From the human T2T-CHM13v2.0 reference genome, Homo sapiens, in the NCBI RefSeq assembly GCF_009914755.1, contig NC_060938.1: 64,000 nt of DNA; one strand, 5' to 3'. The notes beneath the pieces were generated by a model. It was not told the origin of the DNA, did no database searches, and saw only the letters and a list, made by a program, of their open reading frames with translations. Position numbers and translations under genes: made by a program. Positions 41,126 to 56,038 of this stretch are shown in pieces (the first letter of the stretch is position 1; each line of letters opens with the position of its first letter).

Positions 41126-43566
41126 AATCTTTCCATTTAAAAATTTACCAAAGTGGAAAGTGAAAAAGCCTGGATGTGAATTCAGGACTCTTTAATGCCA
41201 ATGCTTGATATCTCCTTTTAATAAAATACTCCTTTCTTCAGTTTCACTTCAGTGTTCAGAAAAAGATTAAATTCATTAGGTATTACCAAATACTTAAATG
41301 TTATATGATATATACAGACTGTTTCTCCTTTTACATAGCCAATAACATTATGGTGTATACATATCATGAAGTTGACCAAAATGTGCCAGTGTGGACGTAG
41401 TTTTGGGAATGACAAGATTTAGTAAATGACTGGAGACAGATGTCTAATGAGCAAAACGAGAAGCGGAAGATTCAGGAGGTGAATAACACAGTGATTAGCC
41501 TGAATCTCCATGATTTCTCTTGATCCTATTATGATAATGAATAGAAATATAACATTTTTTCACTAATTTAGCAATCTGATCTTCACGATTTCCATATGAA
41601 GATTATGATCTTTGCATATATACCTAGTTCTAGACACCATTCTCCATGCATAAAATATTGTTTGTCTGTCCAGCTCCATTATAGTAATATTATTCATGCT
41701 CCTTGTGTCTTTATATATAGAAACAAAGGAAATATATTTGATAGGTTTATAATTTGATTCCTTTGTAATTATGCTTTAGTGGAGTCCTGTGTACCTCTAC
41801 ATTATATTATACATTTGTCCGTCCTGCTAATATGAGCAAATCAAGGGCAGAGAATGCCTAGGCCAGAGTGCTAATCACGTTGCAGGCACTGTACTAATGG
41901 TCTTAATGAAAGGAAGAGAAAGTTAAGAGAAGAAGAAAGAAGACAAATAAAAAGAAAATTTATACATTTATAATTTGATGGTTATAAGTTCTAAATAAAA
42001 AATATTTCAGTAGCATTTCCAAATAAAACGATTGATTTACTAACATCATTAACCTTTCATAAATATTTATTTATTTCTTTTCTGGTATAGAGAACATTGA
42101 CAATATTTATAATTATGCCCATTTTAGTGTATGCATCATTGAGGTAATTTGTAATAAATAATTTTAGAAAAACATGAAGTACACACATTGTAAATTTTGG
42201 CATATCAATTACATCTCTATCACTGCAAATTAAAGCATGTAAAGGAAAATCAAAAATTTGAACTTATGAGGGATTCTTGGGAAAAGCACACACTGACATA
42301 GGTGGAAGAGGAACAAGATGTCCGAACAGAAAGCTCCCCCGATTGTGCCCCCCACCCCCTGCCTGCAAGGACAACAAGTTAACAAGTTAATGAGCTACAC
42401 AGAAGAACACCTTCATAAGAACCAAAACTCCGGTGAGCACTCACAGAACCATTTTAACTTTACATTGCTGAGACACAGAAGAGGTAGAAAAAAGACATTC
42501 AGAACCGCCAACGCCACTCCTTGCCTGCCCCCAACAGTGGCAGTGTGGTCTGGAGAACTTCTCTGGAAACGAAGAGAGAAAGAATATGGGGAAATAAACT
42601 AAGGGCTGTTCTGTTAGAGCGGAAAGGAAAAGCAGACCAAACTCAGCTGAGGCTCACTGAGAGAGGGAACATTTAAACCAGTCCTGGCCAGAAGAGAATC
42701 ACAGATACCGGTGGTCTGAACTTGAGTGCCCACAAACCTCATCACTGAGGGCCAAAGTGCTCTTGGTCTTTAAGTAAATTTGAAAAGCAGTCTAGGTCAT
42801 AAGGACTACAGTTCATAGGTGAGTATTAGGGGCAAGCAAAACGCAGAGGCAGTAAACTGGTGGGCATATGAAATACTGAGAAACTAGCTGGAGCAGCCAA
42901 GAGAGTGCTGGCATCACCCCTGCCCTAACTCCAGGCTGCACAGCTCGTGGCTGCAAAAAAGACCCCTTCCTTCTTGTGAATAGAGGAGAGGGAAGAGTGG
43001 GGAGGATATTGTCTTGCATCTTGGATACCAGCTTAGCCACAATAGGATAGGGTACTTGTGAGAGTCAAGAGGACCCTGATCCAGGCTCCAGCTCCCAGAT
43101 GACATTTCTAGACACACCCTGGGCCAGAAGGGAATCAGCTGCCTTGAAGGAAAGGACACAGTCCAGCCAGCATTTATCACCCCCTAACTAAAGAGCCCAT
43201 GGGCCTTGAATAACCAGCAGCAATACCCAGTTACTATATTGAGGGCCTTGATGAACTTCTGAAACTTACTGGCTTCCGGTGAGACTCAGCATATAACCTT
43301 TAGCCACACTAAGAAAAAAAGAGTGAAGATCCGAATAAATAAAATCAGAATTTTAAAAAGGAGACATTACAACTGATACTGCAGAAATTTAAAGGATTAC
43401 TAGTAGCTACTATGAGCAACTATATGCCAATAAATTGAAAAATCTAGAAGAAATGGGAAAATTTCTGCATACATATTACCTACAAGATTGAACCCTGAAG
43501 AAAACCAAAACCTGAATAGACCAATAACAAGTAACAAGATCAAAGCCATAATAAAAATTCTCTCAG

Positions 43567-44123
43567 TGTATTAGGGCTCTCAGTGTATTAGGAACAGTAC
43601 TAATAGGATAGATGTATACATAAAGGGGAGTTCCTTAAGGAGTATTAACTCACACGATCACAAGGTAAAGTCCCATAATAGGCTGTCTGCAAGCTGAGGA
43701 GCAAGGAAGCCAGTCTGAGTCTGAGTCCCAAAACCTCGAAAGTAGGGAAGCTGTCAGTGAAGCTTTCAGTCTGTGGTTGAAGGCCTGAGTGCCTCTGGCA
43801 AATCACTGGTTTAAGTCCAAAAGTCCAAAAGCTGAAGAACTTGGAGACTGATGTTTGAGGGCAGAAAACATCCAGCACGGGGGAAAGATGGAGGCCAGAA
43901 GACTGAGCAAGTCTAGTTCTTCCACGTTCCTCTTCTTCCTGTTATCCTAGCCATGCTGGCAGCTGATTAAATGGTGCCCACCCAGACTGAGGTTGGGTCT
44001 GCCTCTACCAGTCCATTGACTCACATGTTAATCTCCTTTGGCAACACCCTCACAGACACACCCAGGAACAATACTTTGCATTCTTCAATCCAATCAAGTT
44101 GACGTTCAGTATTAATCATCACA
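43567..44123 (-). mobile_element. MLT2A2 (HERV-L) solo LTR
   Basis: tgtattag...gtctgcaagctgaggagcaaggaagcc...ggcaacaccctcacagacacacccaggaac...aagttgacgttcagtattaatcatcaca. Confidence 0.9.
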
Positions 44124-44129
44124 CTTCAG

Positions 44130-46250
44130 TAAAGTCCACGAACTGATGGCTTAACTACTGAATTCTACGAAACATTTCAAGAACTGATACCAATCCTATT
44201 CAAACTATTCTGAAAAGTAGCGGAGGAGGGAAAACTTCCAAACTCATTCTATGCAGCCAGTATTAACCTGATACAAAAATCAGACAAAGACACATCAAAA
44301 AAAAAAAAAAAACCTATGGCCAATATCTCTGATGAATATTGATGCAAAAATCCTCAACGAAATACAAACAAACCGAATTGAACAGTATATTAAAAAGATC
44401 ATTATTCATGATCACGTGGGATTTATGAAAGTGATGCAAAGATAATTCAACATGTGTAAATCAATCAATGTGACACATAATATCAACAGAATGAAGGATA
44501 AAACTATATGATCATTTCAATTGATGCTAAAAAGCATTTGATAAAATTCAACATCTCTTCATGATAAAAACCCTCAAAACACTGTGTATAGAAAGAACAA
44601 ACCTCAACATAATAAAAGCCATATACGACAGACTCAGAGCAAGTATCATACTGCATAGGGAGCAGTCAGACAAGAAAAATAATATAAAGGTCACCCAAAT
44701 TAGAAAGAAAAAAGCCAAATTATTCTTGTTTGCTGATGAGATGATGTTATATCAGAAAAACATACAGACTCCACATTAAAACTATTATAACTGATAAGCA
44801 CATTCAATAAAGTTGCAGGATACAAAATTAGCATACAAAAATTAGTAGCATTTCTATATGTCAACAGTGAACAATGTGAGCAAGAAATAAAAAAGCAAAT
44901 CTGATTTATAATATCTACACATAAAACTAAATACCTAGAAATTAACTTAACCAAATAAGTGAAAAATCTCTATCATAATAACTTTTAAAAAAAACTGATG
45001 AAAAAATTCAAAAGGACATCAAAAAATGGAAAAAATATTCTATGTTAATGGATTGGAAGGATCAATGTTGTTAAAATTTCCATACTCTCCAAAGCAATCT
45101 ACATATTCAATGCAATTCATATCAAAATACCAATGACATTCTTCACAGAAACAAAAAAAAATCCTAAAATTTATATGGAACCACAGAAGACCCAGGATAG
45201 CCAAAGCTATCCTACACAAGAAGAACAAAACTGGAGGAATCACATTACTTGACTTCAAATTATACTGAAGAGCTATAGTAACCAAAACAGCCAGGCAATG
45301 GCATAAAAACAGACACGTAGACCAATGGAACACAATAGAGAACCCAGAAACAAATCTACACACCTACAGTGACCTCATTTTTGACAAAGGTGTCAAGAAG
45401 ATAAACTGGAGAAAAGACAGTCTCTTCTTTAAATGGTTCTGGGAAAACTGGAAATCTACATGCCAAAGTATGAAACTAGACTTTTATCTCTTGCCATATG
45501 CAAAAATAAAATTAAAATGGATTAAAGACTTAAGTCTAAACCCTCAAACTATGAAAAAACTACATGAAAACATTGACAAAAGTCTCCAGGACGCTGGTCT
45601 GAGCAAAGACTTTTTGAGCAATACCCTGCAAGCACAGGTAACCAAAGCAAAAATGGACAAATGGAATCACATTAAGTTAAAAAGATTCTACACAGCAAAG
45701 GATACAATCAACGAAATGAAGAGACAACCCACAGAATGGCAGAAAATATTTGCAAACTACCCCTCTGACAAGGGATAAAAAACCAGAATATATAAGGAGC
45801 TGAAAAGAAGCCATAGGAAAAAAATCTAATAATCCAATTTAAAAAATGGGCAAAATATTTGAGTAGACATTTCTCAAAAGAAGACATACAAATCGCAAAC
45901 AGGCATATGAAAAGGTACTTAATATCACTGATCATTAGAGAAATGCAAATCAAAACTACAATGAGATACTTCACCCCAGTTAAAATGGCTTTTATTCAAA
46001 AGAGAAGCAGTAACAAATGCTGGAGAGAATTTGGAGAAAAGGAAACCCTTGTACACTGTTGGTGGGAATGTAAATTAGTACAACCACTATGGAGAAAGGT
46101 TTGGAGGTTCCTCAAAATGCTAAATAGTGAGCAACTACATGATCCAGCAATCCCACTGCTAGGTATATACCCAAAAGAAAAGAAATCACTATATGGAAAT
46201 TGTATCTGTGCTCTTAATGTTTGTTGCAGCACAGTTTACAACAGCTAAGA
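44130..46250 (+). pseudogene. Decayed L1 ORF2 (RT and C-terminal region)
   Basis: ORF fragments MKLDFYLLPYAKIKLKWIKDL... and ...[22 protein letters not shown]...[13 protein letters not shown] are L1 ORF2p C-terminal motifs; many stops. Confidence 0.9.
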
Positions 46251-48559
46251 CTTGAAATCAACCTAAGTGTCCACCAACAGATGAATGGATAAATAAAATG
46301 TAGTACCCATATACACAATGGGGTACTATTCAGCCATTAAAAAAATGAGATCTGGTCATTTGCAACAACATGGATGGAAGTGGAGATCATTATGTTAAAT
46401 GAAATTGACCAGAAACAAAAGGACCGACATTACATATTCTCCCTTATTTGTGGGAACTAGAAATTAAAACAATTGAACTCATGAACATAGAGAGTAGAAG
46501 GATGGATACCAGAGGCTGGGAAGGCTAGTGAGGGGCTGGTGGAGAGGTGGAGACGGTTAATGTGTTTAAAAAAAATAGAATAAATAAGACCTAGTATTTT
46601 GTAGCACAATAGGGTAACTATAGTCAATAATAACCAAATTGTACATTTTAAAATAATTTTAAAATTATTTTAATTTTATTGGATTGTTTGTAACTAAAAA
46701 CATAAATGCTCAAAGGGTGGATACTCTATTATCCATCATCAGCTTATTTCACATTGCATGACTGTATCAAAACATCTTATGTACTGTATAATATACACAC
46801 CTACTATGTACCCACAAAAATTTTAAAAATAATAAAAGAATGAAAAACAAACACTATAGCATAACTATCATGTTAAGAATTTTAAGTACAGAGTAATTTA
46901 AGATTTTTTAGATAATTATTTGGAAATTGTGTGATAATTAACAACTGCAAAGTTGTCTTTAAACCCCATCTTCCACAATATTCATAACATTAATCCAAAC
47001 TGTAATTAAAGAAATGGTAATGAGGTTTGTAAACTTGATGATAGTTTTTCTTTTACTGAAAAGCACAGTGTAAGAATCTACCTATGCTTCTAAAGACCAT
47101 TTAATCTTTTCTAAGTACATTAAAAGGAGCAATATATTTTCATTATTTTTGTGTAAAAAAGAAAAAATATTTAATCTTCAATGACCATTCTTTTCTAATT
47201 TAGAAAAAAATTAAAAATAGTTCAAGTTACATTAAATGTAAATATATCATTATGACTTTTTAGAAATTTAAAAATGATTTTCATTCACATGTAATATAGT
47301 ACAGAGTCATATGCATACAGTGGAGGAACTTTGAGAGGAGGCCAAATTTTGAAAATTACTGTATTACAAATAAATCTGTTTCAGGGGAAAATGTCAGAAT
47401 TAATTTGTATACTGTAAAATTATGTGTTATCAATATTGGCAGGTTTCTCAAGTAATTACATTCTAGTTTAAGAGAGGGAATGAAGTGGATAGGAATAGGA
47501 CCAGGACAACAGATGAGTGTAATTACATTCCTGAGGATATTTGTATCATACCAAATTAGGGAGTCCTGTACATTAGAAGTTCTATTCTCCAAAAACAGAA
47601 GGCTTCTACAAAAAAAAAAAAAAAAAAGACATATATCTAATTATAATATGAACTGACCTTATAGTTTATATCTTGTGAACAAAATTTTTATCTTTCTATT
47701 TATATTTAATGTTAATGTTGTAATATTTAATATTTCCATGCATTCTATTTTTATAATCATCCAGGAAAAAACTAGTTTTGGAAATAACAATTTTCTGAAT
47801 TGTAAATGCAATATTTTTACATGAATTGACATTTTCTAATTGCTTTAATTTGCTAGATTAATGTTATTTTGCTTGTAATCTAGTTTCAGATAACTTTCAA
47901 TTAATTTGAAATAAATTTTCAAAAGTAGCTTACATATCCAGAAGCTAGAAGCATAAAGATCATTTGAATTATTCATCTGTGTAGTTTTAATGCTTATTTT
48001 CCCTCAAGCTTTTTTTTTTATACTCTACAAAGGAACATGTAATTTTCTTGTAATTATTCAAAACAAGATGTCTTCTATCTTAATGTATTATGTACATACC
48101 AATGTCTTTACAGTAGTTCTTTTTTACTGTTCAGCCTTAATTTCATTTCCTATAAGTACTTTAAAAACCAAACAAGTATATTATAACAGAACAGAGAAAT
48201 GAGCATTAAATGATGTCTCATGCATAGCACACAACTAAAGTGAAACAATACATAGTATAAATTGTATTTCATGGACTAGTAGAAAGTGGTGTTGATGTGC
48301 TGATCCACTATTTTATAGTTTGAAGTAAAATTTTTAAATTTGTTTTATCAAAATATTTGAAATTCTACCCTAACTTGTTAAGATTTCCAGAGACTTAAAA
48401 AAAGTGCCAGAAAATGTAGAAAATAACCAATAAATACCTCTTTCCAGATATCTCAGAATTCCTGAATAAAAATATAACATTATTTTTATTTTCTGAATTC
48501 TATTTTTTCTATGTCTCTAATGTCTCTAGATTATTGTTAAACCTTAGGCATAGATCTAT

Positions 48560-48592
<33 letters not shown>

Positions 48593-48669
48593 TTCACAGC
48601 AATAAACTATTCTGTAGAGGATTTCTGCTGAAATTTAACATCAGCTGGCCATGAATTCCAGCAAATATA

Positions 48670-48890
48670 TGCATAGCATTTACATGTCAAGCACTTTTGT
48701 CCCAAGTGCTCCATATAATTCTTGTAATAGTTTGACAAGATGAATTTTATTTTTATCTTCAACTTGAAGATAAGAAAATTCAAGCAAAGAGAAATTAGAT
48801 GACTTCTCAGCATCACATAGCCAAGAAGTGACAGAAACTAGTTTCAAACTCAGGTAACTAATGCATGATCTTCAACTTTACCATATGTTG
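48670..48890 (-). mobile_element. MIR
   Basis: agataagaaaattcaagcaaagagaaattagatgacttctcagcatcacatagccaagaagtgacagaaactagtttcaaactcagg (MIR core). Confidence 0.7.
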
Positions 48891-49740
48891 TTTCTCTAGT
48901 TCTCATTCTTCCCTATACAACAAGAGAAAGAAGTGAATCTAGATTTTGTGGAGGCCTGAAGGTGACAAAATTTGGCTGGTGGGGGTGAGGGTGTGGTTCA
49001 CTTTAATAAAAGAAATGTAAAATTAGAAATATTAAATTAATCATGAAATAAACAATGAAAATTAGAAGAGAAAATCACTAAAATATATTAAAGACAAAAA
49101 TACCAAAACAAAATTCAGAATAATACAGTCAATTAAATAACCACTTGACATATACTTGCCTAGAAGGTTTTACTTTCTATTTTTAATCACCTCTTGATAA
49201 GACAAAGATTTCAAAACATATATATTTTATGTAGACTATAGAAAAATAATTTAGTACTGCTATTGACATTCTTGATAGAAATAAACCTTTTATTGACAGT
49301 TTGTATTCATAAAATATACAACTTCACACATTTATATTTTGTAGTACCACTATAGGTTTTTACCTTACAAAGAAAGAAAATATGATAAATTTAATATTGC
49401 ACTATTGTTTTCTCACTTTCTCCAGTGCAGTTAAAAGCAAGCAACAAACTCCATTATACTCCTTATTTTGAATGAAACATTCTATGTTCACAAATATTGG
49501 TCATCTAAACCTTGTCTTCTATGGATACTTCTAATAACTACAAGTATAAAATGTGATAAATTTAGTAACTCTTTTCAGTGTGTTACCATGAAACACCAGT
49601 GTTTTATTTCCCACTGCAAATTGGGCAAATAGTGTCTTTAAATCTAATTAGATTAGCTAATGCATTCCAGAAAATCCAGAATTAATTCAGAAAACCGTTT
49701 ACCATTCTGTTTTTCTGGCACCACTTTTGGTACCAACCTC

Positions 49741-49905
49741 TGTATGTCCAGGTTCAAACACAGAAACAGAACCTGTAGGTTATAATTTTATCTTTATTTA
49801 TATTTATATCTATATGTCACAGTATATGTATATATCTATATCTAACATGTATTCATCTATCAAGAGATGTATTAAAATTAATTGGTTTATACAATCATGG
49901 AGGCT
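49741..49905 (-). mobile_element. MLT2-family LTR fragment
   Basis: tgtatgtccaggttcaaacacagaaacagaacctgtagg...aattggtttatacaatcatggaggct. Confidence 0.6.
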
Positions 49906-50228
49906 TCTGGGATTCCTTGGGCATGGGATGAAGTTCTGGTCTTCAAACTGGAATTTCTTCTTAGTCTGAAAGATTATGGAGTGTACTGATGATCTTCAAA
50001 CTACATACTCTAATGAATACCTGAGATAAATTATTGAGAATTAGAAAAATTCTACTAATTAGCATAATTTGCTTTCCACAAACCATGTCAGCATTATCTT
50101 TACTGACTAAATTATATACCTTTTATAATTGAAGTGCTTTCTCTGATAGAGCCTAATTATCTATCATTCATTTGTTTTATTTTGGCCTCCCATTCCCAGA
50201 CTCAGACCCCACTGATTGATGAGAGAGG

Positions 50229-50232
<4 letters not shown>

Positions 50233-50262
<30 letters not shown>
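50233..50262. repeat. (GA)n microsatellite
   Basis: Read directly. Confidence 0.95.
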
Positions 50263-50266
<4 letters not shown>

Positions 50267-50810
50267 GTCTATGGTAAAAATATCTTATTGCATAAAGAAA
50301 ACAAAAAATGTAACTAATAATCAGAAAATATTTTCAGTGGCATATATCCATAATACATATATTACGTGTATTCATGGTGTTCATGACACACAGCCTGTGG
50401 TAGAATCAAAAGTATGGCATTCAAGAGGATTTGTTTGACCCTCAAGGTCTTTCTTTAAAATTATTTTGTCTAATATAATGTCAGTGTCGAAGTATAATTT
50501 TTGACATTTAATAACATAACTTTTTTCACAAATATATGAGCAGAGGTAAAAATTTTATTTTAGTAAGGAAATCAGCAGGATAACAAAACTAGTTCAAAGG
50601 AAGTGATGGGAAATACATATTTTCAATGAAAAGGAGTAATGCTGGAATATTATTGCTAAGTTATACGGAAGACTACTTAATAGCCTAATGCATGATAAAT
50701 ATATAATCCTTTACGTTATAAATTCTGCTTGACAAATATTACTGAAACCTTCGACAAAAGTTATTTACATCTTGTTAGTTTTCTACAATTTAACTTCTAA
50801 CTTTAAATAG

Positions 50811-51155
<345 letters not shown>

Positions 51156-52692
51156 TAGTTTAGCAGGCAATGTTATATTCTCTTGGAGAGTTGAATATTT
51201 CCTTGGCAAGCTTGTTGGGCAATGCTTTAATAAAACATGACAATTATCTATTATTTCAAAATTTTGGATTTTTAAAAATAATGGACTACAGGCACCTAGT
51301 GTCATTTTATTTCTTTGTAACTATAGAAAGAAAACATATCTTAAGATACATCTGTCTTGGTAGAGTCCATAATTTTTTTCTTTGCACATCTATAAACCAT
51401 CAGATCTTACCCATAGATGAAACTGATTTTTGGAGATTTCATACTCACATCCTGAAGAAAAAAGAAAATGTAGAACAATAAGTTATGTGCTGATAATAAG
51501 ACATTGGAAGTTATATACAAATCTAGGTATCCAGTAAAAAGTTATATGAAATAAATTTTCTGGATTAATGGAAGGAAATTCAAGTTCCTTGATAACTGGG
51601 CTCACAAGCAAAATATAAAAGGCTACATTTATAATTTGCATTTATATATACGTGGTCGTAATACATTTCATTCAGATAAGATTGGGACAGTTTTTATTAA
51701 AATAAGCAAACAAACAAAGAGAAATGACCAGTAGGATCCTATATCTTGATGTTGATCTTTGAATTGTAATTCCTGGTTTATCTCTGGGAATTCAAAACTT
51801 TAAAAAATGTAAATTATGTCTTGACCTTGTTATCTTATATGCTTCCTATCAGACAGAGCTAGGCTAAGGGCTAAGCTGAGTTTTAAAATATCAGTCTGAC
51901 TTTTCAAAGAGTTATATTCACATGGATTCTTAAAACAAAATCTGTTCATCTAAAACAAATAAATCTTCAGGAATTTAACTTCAATTGCAGGCACTGTTGC
52001 AGACCAGTGGGGAATCTGAAGCAATCTTGTTTGTAAATGTGGCAATGTAATTTTATAAATGCATGTATTTCTTAGGTTTTTCTCTTTTTTCCATTTATTT
52101 TTGAGATATCCTTTTCTGTTAGTTTCCTCTTGTACTTAAGGTTAATTCTAAAAAAAGAAATGAAATGATACAATCGGAAACAATAGTAAATGCCAAGCCA
52201 TTTTCAAATAATAACAATCATAAACTCATAAGTGATTAAAGGTAGATGGATTATTCTTAAATTAGCAGAAAACTTTTTTCTATTACCGATATTAAGATTT
52301 GTGAAATTGTAGCTTAATTGACTAAAGCTTGTTTAATGTTATCAGTGTGAAAATTTCAGACTGGGGAAAATTTTTAATATGTGAATAAATGATTGTGACA
52401 TTAGTCTAGAGAATGAGCTAGTGCTTAATTAGGATAATCTGATTGGACTTGATGCTGCATCTATGCACTAATCCAACTGCAGGGGTGTGCCTCATGCTGA
52501 AAAGGGCTGTTTCAGGGAATACAGAGTACGTTGCTGCCAAGTTTGCAATTCCCTTGTGGTCTCAATCTCTCTGTCTCTCTCTTCTTCTCCTCATTTTCAA
52601 ATAATTTTCATAATAAGAGTCAAGAAAGTATAAACCACATAATTGGTTTAAATTATATGACTTTAGTGTATAGTTCATAGACAGAACCTTTA

Positions 52693-53064
52693 TGCTAGGT
52701 TTTAATGTCTCCTCTGAAGTTCATGTGTTAGAAATTTAATCCCCAATGCAAGAGTGTTGAGAGGTGGGACTTCTAAGAGGTCAGTAAGTTGTGAGGGCTC
52801 TGTCTCGTGGATGCATTAATGGCTTTATTGCCAGAGTGCGTGCCTGATAAGAGGATAATTTTGTTGCCTTCCTCTCTTGCTCTCATGGATGCTCTTTTGC
52901 CCTTTTGCCTCATGCCATGGAATGACACAGTATGAAGGTCCTGTCCAGGTGTGGGTCCCTCAACCTTGGAATTCCCAGGCTTCAGAACTGTAAGAAATAA
53001 ATGTATTTTATTTATAAATTACCTAGTCTGTGGTATTTTGTTATGACAACACAAAACATAGAAA
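52693..53064 (+). mobile_element. MaLR solo LTR, MSTD/MLT1A-like
   Basis: gttcatgtgttagaaatttaatccccaatgca...cagaactgtaagaaataaatg...ataaattacctagtctgtggtattttgtta. Confidence 0.85.
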
Positions 53065-53435
53065 GTATCAAGCATCTCTGGGGTTTCACAGCTGTAGCAT
53101 GAGATAGTTGATTTTCTTATGTGTAAGAACTTTCCCAATATTCCTATTTTTCAAAATATTTAATTGATTGATGTTTCTCTCGTACATTCAAACCTATGTT
53201 AATATGAAACAATGGCTGTCAGCATTTTCTTTAGCTTTGTGAATTCCCAATGGAATAACAATATCTGCTACAAAGAATCACTGGCAATGAGAAGCATGGA
53301 CAGATGACAATGCAGACAAACAAACAAATAGTAGAAAAAACAACAAAAAAAGTAAAAACAAAGAAAGGTGGAGAATGAATGAAAAAAAGAGTAAAAAAAA
53401 GTAATGGAAAACATTGGAGAAAGCAAAAAGTCACC

Positions 53436-54070
53436 ATTGTTTACAATAGCTAAGATTTGGAAGCAGCCTAAGTGTCCATCAATAGATGAATGGATAAAGA
53501 AAATTTGGTACATACACACAATGGAGTACTATTCAGCCGTAAAAAAAGAATGAAATCCAGTTATTTGCAACAACAAGGATGGGACTGAAGATCATTATGT
53601 TAAGTGAAATTATCCAGGCACAGAAAGACAAACATTGCATGTTCTCCCTTATTTGTGGGATCTAAAAATCAGAATAATTGAACTCAGACAGAGAGAGTAG
53701 AAGTAAGGTTACCAGAGGCTAGGAAACCTAGTGTGGGGTTGATGGAGAGTTGCAGATGGTTAATGGGTACAAACAATAGGAAGAGTGAATTAGACTTACA
53801 ATTTGACAGCACAACAGGGTGATTATCATCAATAATAACTTAATTGTACAATTTAAAATATCTTAGATATATAAGATATTTAAAATAAAATTTAAAATAT
53901 CTTGTAACTGGCTTGTTTGTAACTCAAAGGGTAAGTACTTAAGACAATGAATATCTCATTCTCCATGATGTACTTATTTCACATACATGCCTGTATCAAA
54001 ACATCTCACTTACCTGATAAATATATACACCTGCTATGTTGCCACAAAAATTAAAAAATAAACAAAAGCA
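53436..54070 (+). mobile_element. L1MA2-like 3' end
   Basis: tgtttacaatagctaagatttggaagcagcctaagtgtccatc...ctgtatcaaaacatctc...cacaaaaattaaaaata. Confidence 0.88.
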
Positions 54071-55353
54071 AATTTAAAAGCCCAAAAAGTCATAGTGTGT
54101 AGTGGTTATAAATTAAAATCATTATTTCAAATGTCTCTTCATAAGAAAATAATAAAATACCGTAAAAATAAGAATGGAAAGGATAAATGGGAAAAAAAAT
54201 CCAGAAGTTACAAAGGTCAGGGGTCACTCTTAATGTTATAATTTTCATAGCATGTAATGCTTTACCAATAGGGAGAACAGAGCTGTTTGCAAATAACTCA
54301 CAGGCATCTGCACCTTAATTAACATAATCATATTGACATAAAGAAAACATGACACAATTCAGTATTTTTTTTTTTAACACATTGCAGAGGGTCTTTCTAG
54401 ACCCAAATTTTGAAAGACCCACCTAATAGGAAAAAGTGAAATATAGGTTAACAGTTGGATATTAGGGCCTACTGGAATGAATATCTCATTAAAATACTTA
54501 AGTATATTTTAGGGAAATATAATACATGCATAAATGTAAAATTAATTAGGTTTCAAATAAATGTTACATAGTGAAGAGACATGTTTGACTATTAACTCTA
54601 GCACTCCCAGTGTATGATTCCTCTTTGTTACTACTCTCAACTTTCTCAGAGGTAAATACAATTGTGACTTCTGATAATATCAACATAATTTTGCCTATAT
54701 TTATGCTGTGTAAATGAAACCATAGCATATGTATGTTTTTGTGCTTATTTTCCCCAATATTTGTGCATATTAAAAAATTATACATTGATCTATCATATAG
54801 CAGTTCTTTCATTTTTGTTAAAAATAATATTCTATTATGTGAATGTACTGCAGTAAATTCATCCATCATACTATTAATTGATGTATGTTTTCATTTTCTG
54901 TTAGTACAACTACAGCAGCTCTATGTGTGTTTATTAATATATGTAAAACATATGCAAAATATGTATATAACATATATGTAAATACATGTTATATATATGT
55001 TCATACAAGTTTGGCTCATATCTTTATCTTTTCAAAATATTGATTTGTAGAACTTCTTTATATACATATCAATAAGAGTCTGTTTTTGAACTCATGATAC
55101 TGGAAACATCTTTTCCCACTGTCACTTGTCTTTTCACTCTTTTGGTCTGTGTACTGATGAATAGAACTTCCCAGTTTCAACACAGTTATTCAATGTATTA
55201 TTCTCTTACTTGAATTCTGTGTTCTGCTCAAGAAATTCTTATTTTCTGCAAGGCTAAAAAGGTTATTTTCTAATTATGTTACATATGCTTTATTGTCTTT
55301 TTTATTTATATATGAAATCCACCTCCAAGTAATTTATTTGTATAAAGAAAGAA

Positions 55354-56038
<685 letters not shown>

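Larger units (their letters stand above)
42300..46850 (+). mobile_element. L1MA2-like element: 5'UTR, internally deleted ORF2 and 3'UTR; hosts an MLT2A2 LTR
   Basis: GC-richer 5'UTR (gaacaagatg...) at 42300-43295 joined directly to ORF2 (cctttagccacactaagaaaaaaag); ORF2 peptide remnants at 45470-46248; L1MA 3'UTR and A tail. Confidence 0.85.
48930..50330. mobile_element. hAT-Tip100 (Zaphod/MER115-like) fossil, interrupted
   Basis: gtgaatctagattttgtggaggcctgaagg...ctttaataaaagaaatgtaaaatta at the left; gagagaaacagtctatggtaaaaatatcttattgca near the right. Confidence 0.55.

Noticed and set aside
45470-46248. L1 ORF2 fragments as functional CDS
   Set aside because: Short pieces separated by stops and frameshifts in an internally deleted old L1.
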